From a virus, in the IMG/VR virus record IMGVR_UViG_3300014501_000012, positions 20,832 through 84,831 of that record: a DNA stretch of 64,000 nucleotides. One strand, given 5' to 3'. The notes below the pieces were generated by a model that did not search any database, had not been told where the DNA came from, and worked only from the letters and a program-made list of their open reading frames with translations. Below, one piece after another: positions 47,874-56,860 of this stretch. Every line of letters starts with the position of its first letter. Position 1 is the stretch's first letter. A program made the translations under genes and the position numbers.

Positions 47874-48235
47874 CTGATTTCGATCCCACCGAGGAAAGGA
47901 GCGAAGAGAAAATGGTGAGATCAGTTTCGTGTCCGCACGGTGACCTGACGTGTCCCTGCGTCGACGGCGATTCGTGCCACTACGAAGGCCGGGACGCGAT
48001 GCAGTGCCCGACCCCGTTGGACGACGAGCACCGGAGATACCACTGCCACGTCGAAGGGTGCCCCTGGGACGACGGTCACGGATGTGGACAGGCCAAACTC
48101 GGACGCAACTGGAACCTCTGCGCATTTGCGGATCTCCGAGGCACGCCTGAATGGATGTGCGGTGCGGCCCGGAACCTGACCAGCGACCCGGACAAGCTAC
48201 GAGTCCTGACGGAAGGGCCGGTGCCCCGTGTCTGA
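47870..48235 (+). CDS. Cys/His-rich protein (paralogue of 29011-29361)
   Basis: CPHGDLTCPCVDGDSCHYEGRDA. Confidence 0.65.
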   Translation: MTDFDPTEERSEEKMVRSVSCPHGDLTCPCVDGDSCHYEGRDAMQCPTPLDDEHRRYHCHVEGCPWDDGHGCGQAKLGRNWNLCAFADLRGTPEWMCGAARNLTSDPDKLRVLTEGPVPRV

Positions 48236-48701
48236 TTTCGATCCCACCGAGGCAGCCGCATTGCGAGAAGTGCACGGTAAGCGGCGAATCGTTGGAGGCG
48301 ATCTAACGGGATGGTGTCGAGCGTGCAGCACTGACTATCCTTGCCTAACCGCCCAAGCTCTCGATGCTCTCGCGGCGCTCCAAGCGGAACGGGACCGATT
48401 TCGTGACGCTTTGAGCCGGATCACGACGAGTGGCAGGGCGTCCAGCTACACGGTCAGGATTGCTCGGGCCTCGTTGCGACTCGACATGGCGGGGCAGACG
48501 GGAAGCGGTGAGACGATAACGGTTGCGTTGGAGCGCCGAGACGATGCGCCAGTACCGATGGTGTCGGGGGGGTGGCCAATGCATAACCTCGTCGCTCACC
48601 CGTTGAGCGAAATCTTGTACTGGCTGGGCCTCGGAAACTTGGGCAACCAGATTCACGACGCAACGCTTCCCGAACACGAGGAGGGGACTGGACGTGGGTG
48701 A
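48228..48701 (+). CDS. Hypothetical protein
   Basis: C..C...YPC.T and HN.VAHPL.E motifs. Confidence 0.55.
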   Translation: MSDFDPTEAAALREVHGKRRIVGGDLTGWCRACSTDYPCLTAQALDALAALQAERDRFRDALSRITTSGRASSYTVRIARASLRLDMAGQTGSGETITVALERRDDAPVPMVSGGWPMHNLVAHPLSEILYWLGLGNLGNQIHDATLPEHEEGTGRG

Positions 48702-48882
48702 CACCTGTGGTGAGCTTGGCCGGGCTCTCGTAGATGCCAAGGTCGGGCTCGTTTCATGTATCCGAGAAGGCCACGACATCTGGACCTGCGAGTGTTTCCC
48801 GTGCGTCGGATTGCGGGGAATCTTGAAAATCGAGTTACGTGACGGATTGCTCCATGAGCGTTTTCCCACGAAAGAGGGGTGA
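48694..48882 (+). CDS. Hypothetical protein
   Basis: Overlap chain. Confidence 0.4.
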   Translation: MGDTCGELGRALVDAKVGLVSCIREGHDIWTCECFPCVGLRGILKIELRDGLLHERFPTKEG

Positions 48883-48883
48883 G

Positions 48884-49039
48884 ATGGTGCCTGACCCGCA
48901 GATAGTTTGCACGGGGTGTGGCGAGAAGAAGCCGCTTCACATCTCACCACTCGGCTGCTTTTTATGCGACAAGTGTGAGGGAGCCCTCAAAGGAAATGCG
49001 CAGCCGGGTTCCCAGGGGGACGGAGAGCCGAAAAAGTGA
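48884..49039 (+). CDS. Small zinc-finger protein
   Basis: CTGC...CDKC. Confidence 0.45.
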   Translation: MVPDPQIVCTGCGEKKPLHISPLGCFLCDKCEGALKGNAQPGSQGDGEPKK

Positions 49040-49187
49040 GCCTGTTTTACGCATCGCCAACCATGCTCCGACGTTGGGTCGCCGGGCGTCGGTTCCCAGG
49101 CGTGTGGCTGACACTCCCCAGCGGGCGCTCCCGTTGCGTGTTGCCGATGGGGCACCGGGTGACTTCGGTCTACGGCCGAGGAGCGGC

Positions 49188-49433
49188 GTGAGCAACCGCG
49201 ACGACCTCGCCACGGTCATAGCCCTGGCCTGCCTCACTGAGGACCGCTCCAACGCCGAGCAGTTGGCACTCCTGCGCGTGGCCGACAAGGTGGACCTCGA
49301 GTTCAACCAGGACACGGTGACGAACCAGCCACCGGGGAGCAGCCGTCTGGTGGACGAGGTGATGGGCAGTCGGGTGCTCGACGACGGGCAGCGCGAAGTC
49401 CGGTTGAAGAATCGGAAGGGGGCGCCGCGGTGA
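49188..49433 (+). CDS. Hypothetical protein
   Basis: GAGGAG SD. Confidence 0.5.
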   Translation: MSNRDDLATVIALACLTEDRSNAEQLALLRVADKVDLEFNQDTVTNQPPGSSRLVDEVMGSRVLDDGQREVRLKNRKGAPR

Positions 49434-49687
49434 GCGTCCCCACGTGCAAACGGTGCGGCCACCCGATCCGCTGGATCATCACGCCCAAGGCCCGGAGGAT
49501 GCCGATCGACTCCCGGCCGGTCCCCGACGGAAACGTCGTGATCGACGAGGTCATGCGGACGGGCGACTGGCGCGGCCACGTCCTGACCAAGTCCGAGACC
49601 CCGATGAGCGATCGGTACATGGCGCACGCGGCCACCTGCCCGGTGCTTCTGACGAGCCGGCGGCGCGAGAAGTACAAGGTCCGATGA
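49430..49687 (+). CDS. Phage zinc-binding protein
   Basis: C..CG..I.W..T....MP.D..P...GN...H..TCP motif. Confidence 0.7.
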   Translation: MSVPTCKRCGHPIRWIITPKARRMPIDSRPVPDGNVVIDEVMRTGDWRGHVLTKSETPMSDRYMAHAATCPVLLTSRRREKYKVR

Positions 49688-50163
49688 GCGACATTCTACG
49701 GATGGCGACCATTTCGGACGACGGCCTGTACCGCTATGAGTTGACACGGCGATGGGACATTACGAAGCCATCGCTCGTGTGGATCCTGCTCAATCCAAGC
49801 GTGGCGAACGAAGAGATAGATGACCCGACCACCCGTAGGTGCATGGGCTACGCCCGCCGCGAGGGCTTTGGCGGGGTCACCCTGATCAATCTGTTTGCGC
49901 TGCGAGCCACCAGGCCCGTTCATTTGCTCGACCACCCGGACCCCGAAGGTCCACAGAACGCAGAGACGTGGAGGCGCATCCTCAGGTACGGCGCCCCGGC
50001 CGTCGCTGGATGGGGGGCGAACGCCGACAACCCATCTCTGCCGGTCAGCAGGGCGTTGGCCACGGCGGATCAATCCGAGTGGTTCTGCCTCGGTCACACG
50101 AAATCCGGGCAGCCCCTTCACCCGCTCTATCTCGACAAGGATCTCCCGCTGGTGCCGCTATGA
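49684..50163 (+). CDS. DUF1643 domain protein
   Basis: YRY.L.R.W, LNPS.A...DDPT, NLFA.R.T and P.HPLY motifs. Confidence 0.85.
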   Translation: MSDILRMATISDDGLYRYELTRRWDITKPSLVWILLNPSVANEEIDDPTTRRCMGYARREGFGGVTLINLFALRATRPVHLLDHPDPEGPQNAETWRRILRYGAPAVAGWGANADNPSLPVSRALATADQSEWFCLGHTKSGQPLHPLYLDKDLPLVPL

Positions 50164-50369
50164 CCGACCAGCGCACGCCCACCCACGCCATGATCTTCTG
50201 GAAGCGGTCGTTCGACGGGGTGGGATTCTCGAAGAGGACTGAGGCCCCGGTCCATCCCGACCAGGTCGCAGCACTCCTTGAGGCGGAGGAGACCGCGCCG
50301 GGCCACGTCCTCGGGGCGATGGTCCGGTACTACGACGAGCGCGGGGAGGTCCGGGTGGAGCACCGATGA
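50160..50369 (+). CDS. Hypothetical protein
   Basis: ATGA overlap. Confidence 0.5.
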   Translation: MTDQRTPTHAMIFWKRSFDGVGFSKRTEAPVHPDQVAALLEAEETAPGHVLGAMVRYYDERGEVRVEHR

Positions 50370-50875
50370 TCCGGATCGAGGTCATGGGGCTTCCGTTTCC
50401 TCAAGGATCCAAGTCGGCGTTTATCCGCGGCGGGCACGCGGTGGTGGTCGAGGGGTCGAGCAAGAAAGGGCGAAGCGGTCATGCCGCGTGGCGCCAGGCA
50501 GTGGCCACCGCGGCGCGGGACTGGCTAGGGGAGAACCCCCGAGAGGCGATCCACGAGCCGGTGGTTCTCCGGATGAAGTTCCGGTTCCCGACAGTGGCGA
50601 GTGACAAGTACCGCTCACGTCATTTCACCAAACCTGACCTGAGCAAGCTTGTGAGGGCGGTCGAGGACGCGCTCGTCGACGGCGGCGTGCTGGCCGACGA
50701 CTCCTGCGTGTTCGCTCTCCACGCGTCGAAGCGTCACGTCCGCCATGAGCCTCCTGGATGCTCGATCGAGATCGCCCTGGCAGGCGAGGAGGAGGCGCGG
50801 GATCGACAGTTCCTCAAGGACCAGGCCGCCGCCGAGAGATCGAACAAGAGAAACCAAACCAACCAAGGAGAGTGA
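50366..50875 (+). CDS. rusA: RusA-like Holliday junction resolvase
   Basis: PQGSK; KPDLSKL.RAV.DAL.....DDS. Confidence 0.85.
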   Translation: MIRIEVMGLPFPQGSKSAFIRGGHAVVVEGSSKKGRSGHAAWRQAVATAARDWLGENPREAIHEPVVLRMKFRFPTVASDKYRSRHFTKPDLSKLVRAVEDALVDGGVLADDSCVFALHASKRHVRHEPPGCSIEIALAGEEEARDRQFLKDQAAAERSNKRNQTNQGE

Positions 50876-50879
50876 CCAG

Positions 50880-51320
50880 ATGGGACAGGCAGTAACCGAC
50901 ATCAGCGACGAGTACCCGCTCGGGGACTTCGAGGGTATCCCGGTCGTGGGCGCGGGGGTGGAAGTGCGCAACGCTTCGGGAGGACTGAACGACGCGCTCG
51001 GCATCGACCCGGTGGTGATGCAGAAGGGGGACATGGCGATCGTCGTCCTGCGCGTCGACGTGACCGATGTCCACTTCCCCGACGTCAAGGGCGAAGAGGG
51101 AACGTGCATCCGGGCCCACGTCATGCGGGCGACCGACGCGGCGATCGTCACCGACGAGGCTCTGTCGAAGAAGATCCTCAAGGTGCTGAACGACCAGCGG
51201 GAGAAGATCGTCGAGGACCAGCGCAAGAAGGCGGAGGCGAAGAAGGGACAGCTCACGTTGACCGGCGACGGCGGGGCGGACGAGCCGATCGACGACGGCG
51301 AACCGGGCGACCCCGACTGA
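50880..51320 (+). CDS. Hypothetical protein
   Basis: CCAAGGAG SD. Confidence 0.65.
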   Translation: MGQAVTDISDEYPLGDFEGIPVVGAGVEVRNASGGLNDALGIDPVVMQKGDMAIVVLRVDVTDVHFPDVKGEEGTCIRAHVMRATDAAIVTDEALSKKILKVLNDQREKIVEDQRKKAEAKKGQLTLTGDGGADEPIDDGEPGDPD

Positions 51321-51336
51321 TCCCGACCGCTTCCCC

Positions 51337-51350
51337 GCTACACCTGTAGC
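51337..51350. promoter_or_regulatory. Operator GCTACACCTGTAGC overlapping TAGCAT -10
   Basis: Identical to 35541; precedes HTH gene. Confidence 0.7.
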
Positions 51351-51372
51351 ATGACCGAGCACGAGAGGACCG

Positions 51373-51618
51373 ATGACCGCCAAGACCGCAACCGAACGAC
51401 CGCCGACCGAGAAGGAGATCGAGGCCGCATGGGCAGAATCCGACGAGGCAACCCCGGCCGCGAGAGACACGAGGGATCGGTACGAGGCGACGATCGAGCG
51501 GAGGAACGCGGCGTGGACGACGCTGCGGCGGGCCGGGATCTCGGTGGCGACGATCGCGGAGCGGGCGAAGGTCAGCCCGCAGACGGTGAGGTTCGGGGTC
51601 GAGGGGCGTCGGCGTTGA
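51373..51618 (+). CDS. Helix-turn-helix protein (candidate operator-binding regulator)
   Basis: GISVATIAERAKVSPQTVRF; GAGG SD. Confidence 0.7.
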   Translation: MTAKTATERPPTEKEIEAAWAESDEATPAARDTRDRYEATIERRNAAWTTLRRAGISVATIAERAKVSPQTVRFGVEGRRR

Positions 51619-52940
51619 GCGGGCACCGCATCGAGGCCATGCCGCTCGCAGAGTTAGAGACGCGCACGCACCCGGAGAACCCCAAGGCCCACGACATCCC
51701 CGAGCTCGTCAAGTCCATTCGCCGGCTCGGGATGGCCGCGCCGGTCCTGCTCTGCGAACGAACGGGGATGATCGCGGCCGGACATGGACGCGTCGAAGCT
51801 CTGGCCGAGATGAGCCGGAGCCTGGAGGACCACGACCCGCCACCAGAGGGGATAGCGGTGGACGGGGATCTGCTCTGGCTCGTCCCCGTCGTCCGCGGGT
51901 GGTCGTCGAAGGACGACGACGAACTCAGGGCCTATCTCGTCGCTGATAATCGTCAGACCGAGATCGGGGGATGGCATGATGACGCACTCGCTCGGCTGCT
52001 GTCGGGGATCTCCGAATCGCCGGCCGGCCTTGAGGGGACGGGGTACAACCCGGACGGCTTGAAGCAATTGCTGGGGGCGCTCGCCACACCAGCACCGACA
52101 CTGATCGACCCCGACGAGGTGCCCGAACCACCTGCGGAGCCTGTCTCGAAGCTGGGGGACGTTTGGATCATCGGACCCCATCGCGTCCTATGTGGTGACG
52201 CAACGGTGAAGGAGGATTACGACCGGGCGCTCGGCGGTGAGCGCCTGGCCGGCGCGGTCGCAACCGACCCGCCCTACGGCGTTGCTATCGGAGCCAAGAA
52301 CCGGTCACTCGATGCGATCGACCGCGCCGGCCGGGCGCTCACCGACCTGTCTGGCGACCAGGGGATGGAGGAGGTCGAAGCACTGTGGCGCGATTCGTTC
52401 GCCGTGCTGAACGACGTCATGCCACCAGGGACTCCGTACTACATCTTCGGGCCGCAAGGTGGCGACCTCGGCCTCCTCCTCCTCCTCCTCCGCGATGCTG
52501 GTCTTTCACCGAGGCACATTCTGATCTGGGTCAAGAACCGCCCGTCGTTCTCCATCGGTCGGCTGGACTACGACTACCAGCACGAGCCCATCGTGTACGG
52601 CTGGCGCCCCGGTGCGGCGCATCCCTGGTACTCGACCGAGACGCAGCAATCGGTGCTGATGTTCGACCGGCCGCAACGGTCGCCTGATCATCCGACAGTG
52701 AAGCCGGTCGGACTCATGGCGAAGTTGATCGTCAACAGCGTCCCGCTTGGTGGCACGGTCCTCGATCCATTCGGCGGGTCGGGCTCGACGCTGATCGCTG
52801 CTGAGCAGACGGGACGGGTGGGCGTACTCATGGAGATCTCCCCGGCCTACACCGACCTGATCTGTCGGCGCTTCCAGGAGGTATTCGGGACGGTCCCGAT
52901 TCTTGAGTCCACGGGGGAAGCTCATAGTTTCGTGCCCTGA
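51615..52940 (+). CDS. ParB-N domain plus N4/N6 DNA methyltransferase
   Basis: NPK.H, AGHGR..A and ADN motifs; TDPPY, HPT.KP and LDPFGGSGST motifs; start uncertain (TTG 51615 or ATG 51639). Confidence 0.85.
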   Translation: MSGHRIEAMPLAELETRTHPENPKAHDIPELVKSIRRLGMAAPVLLCERTGMIAAGHGRVEALAEMSRSLEDHDPPPEGIAVDGDLLWLVPVVRGWSSKDDDELRAYLVADNRQTEIGGWHDDALARLLSGISESPAGLEGTGYNPDGLKQLLGALATPAPTLIDPDEVPEPPAEPVSKLGDVWIIGPHRVLCGDATVKEDYDRALGGERLAGAVATDPPYGVAIGAKNRSLDAIDRAGRALTDLSGDQGMEEVEALWRDSFAVLNDVMPPGTPYYIFGPQGGDLGLLLLLLRDAGLSPRHILIWVKNRPSFSIGRLDYDYQHEPIVYGWRPGAAHPWYSTETQQSVLMFDRPQRSPDHPTVKPVGLMAKLIVNSVPLGGTVLDPFGGSGSTLIAAEQTGRVGVLMEISPAYTDLICRRFQEVFGTVPILESTGEAHSFVP

Positions 52941-52970
52941 CCTGCGGATACGGGGCCGGTCCTGGACTTC

Positions 52971-52984
52971 GCTACAGGTGTAGC
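52971..52984. promoter_or_regulatory. Operator GCTACAGGTGTAGC overlapping TAGCGT -10
   Basis: Palindrome family. Confidence 0.7.
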
Positions 52985-53041
52985 GTACAGTCGCACTGGG
53001 ACCAGGAACCTGGCCCCCGACTCCCCAAGGAGGAACCCAGA

Positions 53042-53725
53042 ATGAGCACTACCAAAGAGGCGAAGCATGTGCGGATGCAGTACTCCCGCGACGGCAAGCC
53101 CATCGTCAACCCCTCGGTCAACAGCCTGTCGGGGTTCGCCTACTTCTACACGAAGGGCATCGACGACAAGCCACGCGTGAGCGTCGCCAGACTTGAGAAG
53201 ATCCTCAAGGGCCTGGGCGTCACCGATCCACGGTCCGAAGCGTTCGAGGTCGCACTCCCCAACGGCGTCGTGATCGCTGGCACCCCGACAGAGGGAGACG
53301 CGCCGAAGGCGGCGAAGAAAGCGACCGCGGTCGAGGACCCCGCTGCGGTGGCCGCGGCGAAAGAGGCAGCGGCCAAGACGAAGCTGGCCCGCATCGACGA
53401 GATGAAAGCCGAAGGGACGAAGGTCAAGGCGTGGAAGGATGGCGGCGAAGTCGGCCCCCGTCCGGAGACGCCCGTGACCGACAAGCGCACGGCCGAACTC
53501 GAAGCGAAGAAGCCGAACAAGGTGGCCGCGACGGTCAAGGGCAAGGCGGCAGAGAAGGCAGCGGTGAAGGCGACGAAGGTCCCGGCGAAGAAAGCCACGA
53601 GTGCCACGGGCAAGCGGGCGCACGCAGCGAAGAAAGCCCCGGCCCGGCGCGTCGCCCCGAAGCGCAACACCACGCCGATCCCCAAGTCCACAACCGCCCG
53701 TCGGGCCGCCCGCCAGGCGAGCTGA
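53042..53725 (+). CDS. Histone-H1-like Lys/Ala-rich protein
   Basis: PAKKAT/AAKKAP repeats; strong SD. Confidence 0.7.
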   Translation: MSTTKEAKHVRMQYSRDGKPIVNPSVNSLSGFAYFYTKGIDDKPRVSVARLEKILKGLGVTDPRSEAFEVALPNGVVIAGTPTEGDAPKAAKKATAVEDPAAVAAAKEAAAKTKLARIDEMKAEGTKVKAWKDGGEVGPRPETPVTDKRTAELEAKKPNKVAATVKGKAAEKAAVKATKVPAKKATSATGKRAHAAKKAPARRVAPKRNTTPIPKSTTARRAARQAS

Positions 53726-53804
53726 CCAGTTCATACCGACTACCCCGCGGGCTCCGGGTTTCACCGACATGGCTCGGGGCCCGCGGGGGGAAGGAGCAAG
53801 AACG

Positions 53805-53954
53805 ATGATCTCACCGACGACCGCCGACGAGTGGCTCGCCCTCTTCGACCACCAGGGTCAGTTGGCGATGCGCCAGCAGCTCCACCTCATCGAGCGTCTG
53901 CGTGAGGTCGAGAGGGCGCTCAGCGAGAGGGAGAGTTCCGATGCCCCAGGATGA
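53805..53954 (+). CDS. Small hypothetical protein
   Basis: AAGGAG SD. Confidence 0.45.
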   Translation: MISPTTADEWLALFDHQGQLAMRQQLHLIERLREVERALSERESSDAPG

Positions 53955-54264
53955 GGAAGGCCGGATGCTTCCGGTCGAGGGGAGCGAGCCCGAGGGGCCG
54001 GGGTTCGGCAAGCCCTGGGTCCCGCGCGCCGGGGTCACGTTCGTCGTCGGTAGCTGCCACGTCCGCTCCGCGATCGATGTCATGCGCTCGGAGGGCATCG
54101 TCTGTGTCGACCTGGACGGAAAGTGGAACCATGGAGCCCACGACATCCTCTCGCTGATCATGGCCGTCGAGCAGGCCGACGAACTCGGGGCGTACCTTCG
54201 GGAAGCGGCGAAGGCCGCGCCGGCGGACCTGGAGCGGTGGAAGGTGGAGCGCCGTGACCGATGA
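53941..54264 (+). CDS. Hypothetical protein
   Basis: Overlap chain. Confidence 0.5.
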   Translation: MPQDEEGRMLPVEGSEPEGPGFGKPWVPRAGVTFVVGSCHVRSAIDVMRSEGIVCVDLDGKWNHGAHDILSLIMAVEQADELGAYLREAAKAAPADLERWKVERRDR

Positions 54265-54472
54265 CCTCTGCATCCACGACCTCACCCCGGCAACCTGCTC
54301 TCTGTGCCTCCACGGCCCGACGCCCCGTCCCGAGCCCGCCTACCCCGTCACCCGCGCCTTCGCGGCCAAGTACGACGGGACCTGCCGAGACTGCGGGTGC
54401 GACTTCGCTCTGGGCGACCCGATCGTGAAGATGAGCGACGAGAGCTACTGGCACGCGAGGTGCGCGCTGTGA
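54254..54472 (+). CDS. Zinc-binding protein
   Basis: CIH.L....C..C; AKY.G.C..C...WH..C. Confidence 0.6.
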   Translation: MTDDLCIHDLTPATCSLCLHGPTPRPEPAYPVTRAFAAKYDGTCRDCGCDFALGDPIVKMSDESYWHARCAL

Positions 54473-54783
54473 CGACGGAGACTGAGATTCCGAGTGTCGG
54501 TGAAGTGATCGACCGCATGAGGGCGGCCCTCGCCGAGATGGGCTATGGAGACAGTGTTTTGGAGCCAGATGGATCCGACGACAAAGACGGCTGGCCGATG
54601 GTAATGGGTTCGGGATCCATCCCTCGAGCCGTCTGGTGGACGGCTTGCTTTCTGGTCTATCCGTCGATGGGATGCTGGGCTTGCGACGAGGACTACCGCA
54701 CGCAGCAATGCGAGACTGGCCATTGCCAACACCCCGAAGGCCCCGCCAAGCCCCCTCGCGAACTCCTTGTTCGGAGGGCGTGA
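54469..54783 (+). CDS. Hypothetical protein
   Basis: GTGA overlap. Confidence 0.5.
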   Translation: MTTETEIPSVGEVIDRMRAALAEMGYGDSVLEPDGSDDKDGWPMVMGSGSIPRAVWWTACFLVYPSMGCWACDEDYRTQQCETGHCQHPEGPAKPPRELLVRRA

Positions 54784-54986
54784 TGTGCGGCTACTGCGAG
54801 CGTCCGCTCGTCCTGCGTGCAGCGTACGGACGACGTGACCGGTGGGAGTGCCCGCGCTGCGCACCGATCCTCGCCACGCTCGGAGCGGGCATGGACCTGG
54901 GCGAGATGGTCCGAGCGTTCAGGACGTTCCAGCGCGAGGCGGCGCGGTCCTACACGAAACGCGAGCGAGCCAATGCCGACCGCTGA
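54783..54986 (+). CDS. Small zinc-finger protein
   Basis: CGYC...CPRC. Confidence 0.5.
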   Translation: MCGYCERPLVLRAAYGRRDRWECPRCAPILATLGAGMDLGEMVRAFRTFQREAARSYTKRERANADR

Positions 54987-55353
54987 GCCCGCTCCCGGCA
55001 CCATCGAGAAGCTTCGCCGTGGAGTGGAGATGGCGCTGTGCGCTGGGTGCGACGAGGACCTGCTGCGAACCGAAGGCTGGGACTGGGTGCATTGGGACAC
55101 CGACGAAGAGGAGTGCGCGATCACTCCACCGCAGCCCGAGTCGAAGCCCGAACCGGACCCGGACCCGGATCGCGAATGGGACCACGACCTGCCGGCCCAC
55201 TACTTCCGCGAGCACGACCCTCCGGGGTGGGGCGTGAGGTGCCCCGTTCACGGCGTGCTGGCCACTGGGCTCGACAAGATGGCCGCGCTCCGGGGCGCAC
55301 GGCGCCACGAGCGGCGGTATCACCCGGAACGGTTCGAGGCGCGCGATGCCTGA
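54973..55353 (+). CDS. Hypothetical protein
   Basis: Overlap chain. Confidence 0.5.
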   Translation: MPTAEPAPGTIEKLRRGVEMALCAGCDEDLLRTEGWDWVHWDTDEEECAITPPQPESKPEPDPDPDREWDHDLPAHYFREHDPPGWGVRCPVHGVLATGLDKMAALRGARRHERRYHPERFEARDA

Positions 55354-55690
55354 CGCCATGCGATCGACCGTGATGGTTGACGGCGTAGAGATGCCCTGTC
55401 TCGCCAAGGGGATCGGTGGCGGGTGCGACTGGTGGTTCGCCGTCCCGATGGAGAACGGCTGGGTCGCGTGGGTGCAGGCGTATGAACGGCGGCATGAAAC
55501 CGAGTACCGCGTTCGCTGTGTGACCCCGGAGGAATCTGAGCGCGTCCTTGATTTCGAGATCCCGACCGCCGCTACCGTTTATGTGCGCGACGATCGGCCC
55601 CCAATGGAGTTCCCTCGATCCGACCGGGACTTGCGGGAGACGCTGGTCGACCTGTCCCGTTGGCCGTCACCGAGGTCAGTCGATGCCTGA
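55346..55690 (+). CDS. Hypothetical protein
   Basis: ATGCCTGA overlap. Confidence 0.5.
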   Translation: MPDAMRSTVMVDGVEMPCLAKGIGGGCDWWFAVPMENGWVAWVQAYERRHETEYRVRCVTPEESERVLDFEIPTAATVYVRDDRPPMEFPRSDRDLRETLVDLSRWPSPRSVDA

Positions 55691-56087
55691 CGAGTACGGC
55701 AACCCGATCCGGATTCAACTCAAGCGCACGAAGGGATGGCGCAAGCCCGAAGGGGCGATCGTGGTCTCTCGACCGTCAAAGTTTGGCAACCCCTACAAGG
55801 CTGGCCAACCCCCGCCGCTCTGGCCGAAGGGCCGACCGTTCACGGTCCAGGACGCGGTCGACTGCTACACGCTCATGGTCGCGGTCGGGTACCAGCACCG
55901 CAAAGAGCCGGGGACCTCAATCGTGCGGATGGCGATGGAGGAGCTGGCCGGGCATGACCTCGCCTGCTGGTGCCCGTTAACTTACCCAGATGGGACGCCG
56001 CACCCCTGTCACGCGAACCTCTTACTTAGGTATTCGTCCGAAGCAGTCGATCTAGTAAACCCAACAACCCAAGGAGAAAACAAATGA
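55683..56087 (+). CDS. DUF4326 domain protein
   Basis: RIQ..R..GWR.P, V.RPS.FGNP, L.G.DLACWC and CHA..L motifs. Confidence 0.85.
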   Translation: MPDEYGNPIRIQLKRTKGWRKPEGAIVVSRPSKFGNPYKAGQPPPLWPKGRPFTVQDAVDCYTLMVAVGYQHRKEPGTSIVRMAMEELAGHDLACWCPLTYPDGTPHPCHANLLLRYSSEAVDLVNPTTQGENK

Positions 56088-56860
56088 GCGAGCCCATGGT
56101 CGAAAAGGTGCTGGTCCTCTGGACATGCAATGCCGATATGTCAGGGAGGAACCGGGAATGGAGTTACCCGGAGTCCGGACATATCGAGGCACGCCGTCCT
56201 GCTACGGCAGACGCCGCCTGCTCGAACGGGCTCCAAGGGTTGATGTGGGGTGTCGGCGAGGGGGGGAACCTCCACCTGACAGTCGAAGATGCGAAGTGGC
56301 TTGTTATGGAAGTCGATGCGGCATCGGTCACCGACCTCGGCGGGAAAGTGAAGTTCCAGAGCGCCGATGTCGTCTACTGCGGTGACCGCGCTGGGGCGAT
56401 TGCCTATCTCGATGCCAACGGAGGAGCCGACAAGGCGGTGTTCGGTGCGGCGCGCACCGCCGGGTACCAGGGCTCAGCCACCGCCGGGTACCGGGGCTCA
56501 GCCACCGCCGGGTACCAGGGCTCAGCCACCGCCGGGTACCAGGGCTCAGCCACCGCCGGGGACCGGGGCTCAGCCACCGCCGGGGACCGGGGCTCAGCCA
56601 GGGCGTCATCGAGTGGCGTCATCGTCATCCATTGGTATGACAGCAAGATCGGTCGGACGCGTTTGGTTGTCGGCTACGTCGGAGAGGACGGACTAAAAGC
56701 AAACACCTGGTACTGCCTCGACGAGGATCACCAGTTCATCCAGTGCAGCGAACTTGAGAGCGAGAGCGAGAAGCCACGGCCGTTCGATGCCAGGGTCAAG
56801 TGGAATGCTGGGACACCAGAGGCCGACCTACAAACCCCAACCCAAGGAGAGAACCCATGA
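56084..56860 (+). CDS. Phage protein with ATAG(Y/D)(Q/R)GS octapeptide repeats
   Basis: C..GL.G and KVKF motifs, repeats, VGEDGLKA..WY. Confidence 0.75.
   Translation: MSEPMVEKVLVLWTCNADMSGRNREWSYPESGHIEARRPATADAACSNGLQGLMWGVGEGGNLHLTVEDAKWLVMEVDAASVTDLGGKVKFQSADVVYCGDRAGAIAYLDANGGADKAVFGAARTAGYQGSATAGYRGSATAGYQGSATAGYQGSATAGDRGSATAGDRGSARASSSGVIVIHWYDSKIGRTRLVVGYVGEDGLKANTWYCLDEDHQFIQCSELESESEKPRPFDARVKWNAGTPEADLQTPTQGENP
56455..56598 (+). repeat. 24-bp tandem repeat x6 (CACCGCCGGG(T/G)ACC(A/G)GGGCTCAGC)
   Basis: Read directly from sequence. Confidence 0.9.

Noticed and set aside
51351-51614. N-terminal extension of the MTase given in the ORF track
   Set aside because: It overlaps the better-supported HTH gene 51373-51618 in another frame.
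56455-56598. Ice-nucleation protein or CRISPR-like array
   Set aside because: Only six spacer-less 24-bp coding repeats. Such ATAGxxGS repeats are common in phage proteins and far too few for ice nucleation.
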